Of a stretch of 64,000 nt of DNA, positions 62,828 through 64,000 are shown in pieces. Under the pieces are notes generated by a model that was not told the DNA's origin, did not search any database, and was given only the letters and a program-made list of their open reading frames with translations. The translations under genes were made by a program, and so were the position numbers. Within the stretch, counting starts at the first letter, position 1; each line of letters starts with the position of its first letter. The stretch comes from Selaginella moellendorffii (Eukaryota > Plantae > Lycopodiophyta): contig NW_003314321.1 of NCBI RefSeq assembly GCF_000143415.4, forward strand, positions 444,236 to 508,235, written 5' to 3'.

Positions 62828-64000
62828 TCTGAAACTTCTTTTAAAACTCATTGGTTACAAGTCAAGAGGATCGCAAAGTTTTCGGGTGGGCTTTGAGACA
62901 AACTGGGACTCCCAATAGTGAGTTGTAGATGGTCAGCATTCTCTTCCGCAGATTCAAAGAGGTTGATTCTACCTTCTTCGAGGAGATCCACATTCCCCCG
63001 CTTTTGGGCGACCACACTCCCTGGAACGCAATCACATAAGCTGGATGGAAAAGAGCTTTCTCCCACCTGGAATGCTTCTGCCACAGAGGCAGTTTGCTTC
63101 TTAGAAAACTCGTACCTTAACCTGTGAATCAAGCTTGCAATCTCATGATTCCTTTTGCAAGAGCAGAGTTCATAGCTTTGTTTTATGGTGTTGATCAGAT
63201 CAGGTCATGCATGCAGGTTAGTAGAAAGAAATTTCACATGAAAAGAGTGACAAACGTTAAATGAGCCACCAAGAGGAAAGAAATTTTATCACCTACAACT
63301 CCATAACTTGACAAGATCCACATTGGAGGCTGCCTTTGGATTTGAAACAATCACTTCAGCTCCGTAGGAAAAAACTACCAATTAAAATGTAGACAGAAAT
63401 GTTATACTTTCTTCATAACATTTCTTCTCTGCCTTCCAGATGGCATGCTTGAGAAGTGACTCACCACATTGGGGAGGAGTAAAATGAAGAAATATTTGTA
63501 GTTTTACTTTTCTATTACCTCCACAGACAAATAGCGTGCTTTTCCAATCTAATTAGACCATAAATCACATGAATATTCTAAGAGTATTCAATGTTCTAAG
63601 GGCTGACTTGAGTGGATGAGGAATATACAATGATGACCACCAAGGCAAGTATGGGTAATTATAAGTTTTTAGTGATGCCAATTTGGTTTGACAAATATTT
63701 TTATAAATTTTAGAAGTTGATGAATCAAGTTTTATAACTTTACTTAGAGAAGTTTGCAATTGATTATTTTGATGATATTTTAGTAGCTTTATGGAGGAAT
63801 ATGAGATGTGAGTTTTGCAACTTTTGACAGACAATAAGTTCTATTTGAAGTTAATTTATTAAATATCTAAAACATTTTATTTAATTATATAGTGTGAGAT
63901 CATAATTGACTGATTTATGCTTTCAATAATGTATAATCTTTGTAATTTCTTTGGTATGGCTAAATTTTTTTAACAGTTTATAAAAGACTTCCTAGAGATA

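Noticed and set aside
62848-63500. Minus-strand exon-like fragments
   Set aside because: Could not be assembled into a supported gene or assigned to a family.

Overview
Eukaryotic plant nuclear DNA, most likely the lycophyte Selaginella. This is an inference from the very short 45-60 nt introns, the tiny intergenic gaps and the style of the PLS-type PPR genes. Dense, GC-richer gene islands (about 3.2-18.2 kb, 32.5-39.9 kb, 49.9-55.7 kb, 60.7-62.8 kb) alternate with AT-rich decayed transposon and pseudogene blocks. Recognisable genes: DPH7, a 12-Cys defensin-like peptide, three PLS-E PPR genes, a UBA2-type RRM protein, a subtilase lacking the PA domain, tRNA-Pro(UGG), SCY2, an EI24 homolog, a P-type PPR, a LISCL/SCL14-type GRAS, an At1g64430-like plastid protein, PSRP6, an ICE1/SCRM-type bHLH, PSAF, and an intron-containing dimethylarginine dimethylaminohydrolase (DDAH)-like gene. 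Repeats: two copies of a Ty3/gypsy family, a Cassandra-like TRIM family whose LTRs carry a 5S rRNA promoter fragment (one full element, one solo LTR, one decayed LTR), a PIF1-helicase (Helitron-like) remnant, other LTR-like segments and TA microsatellites. Pseudogenes: pseudouridine-5'-phosphate glycosidase, three kinases, a bulb-type lectin and an unassigned gene. Family calls come from remembered motifs, not database searches. Spans of multi-exon genes include introns.
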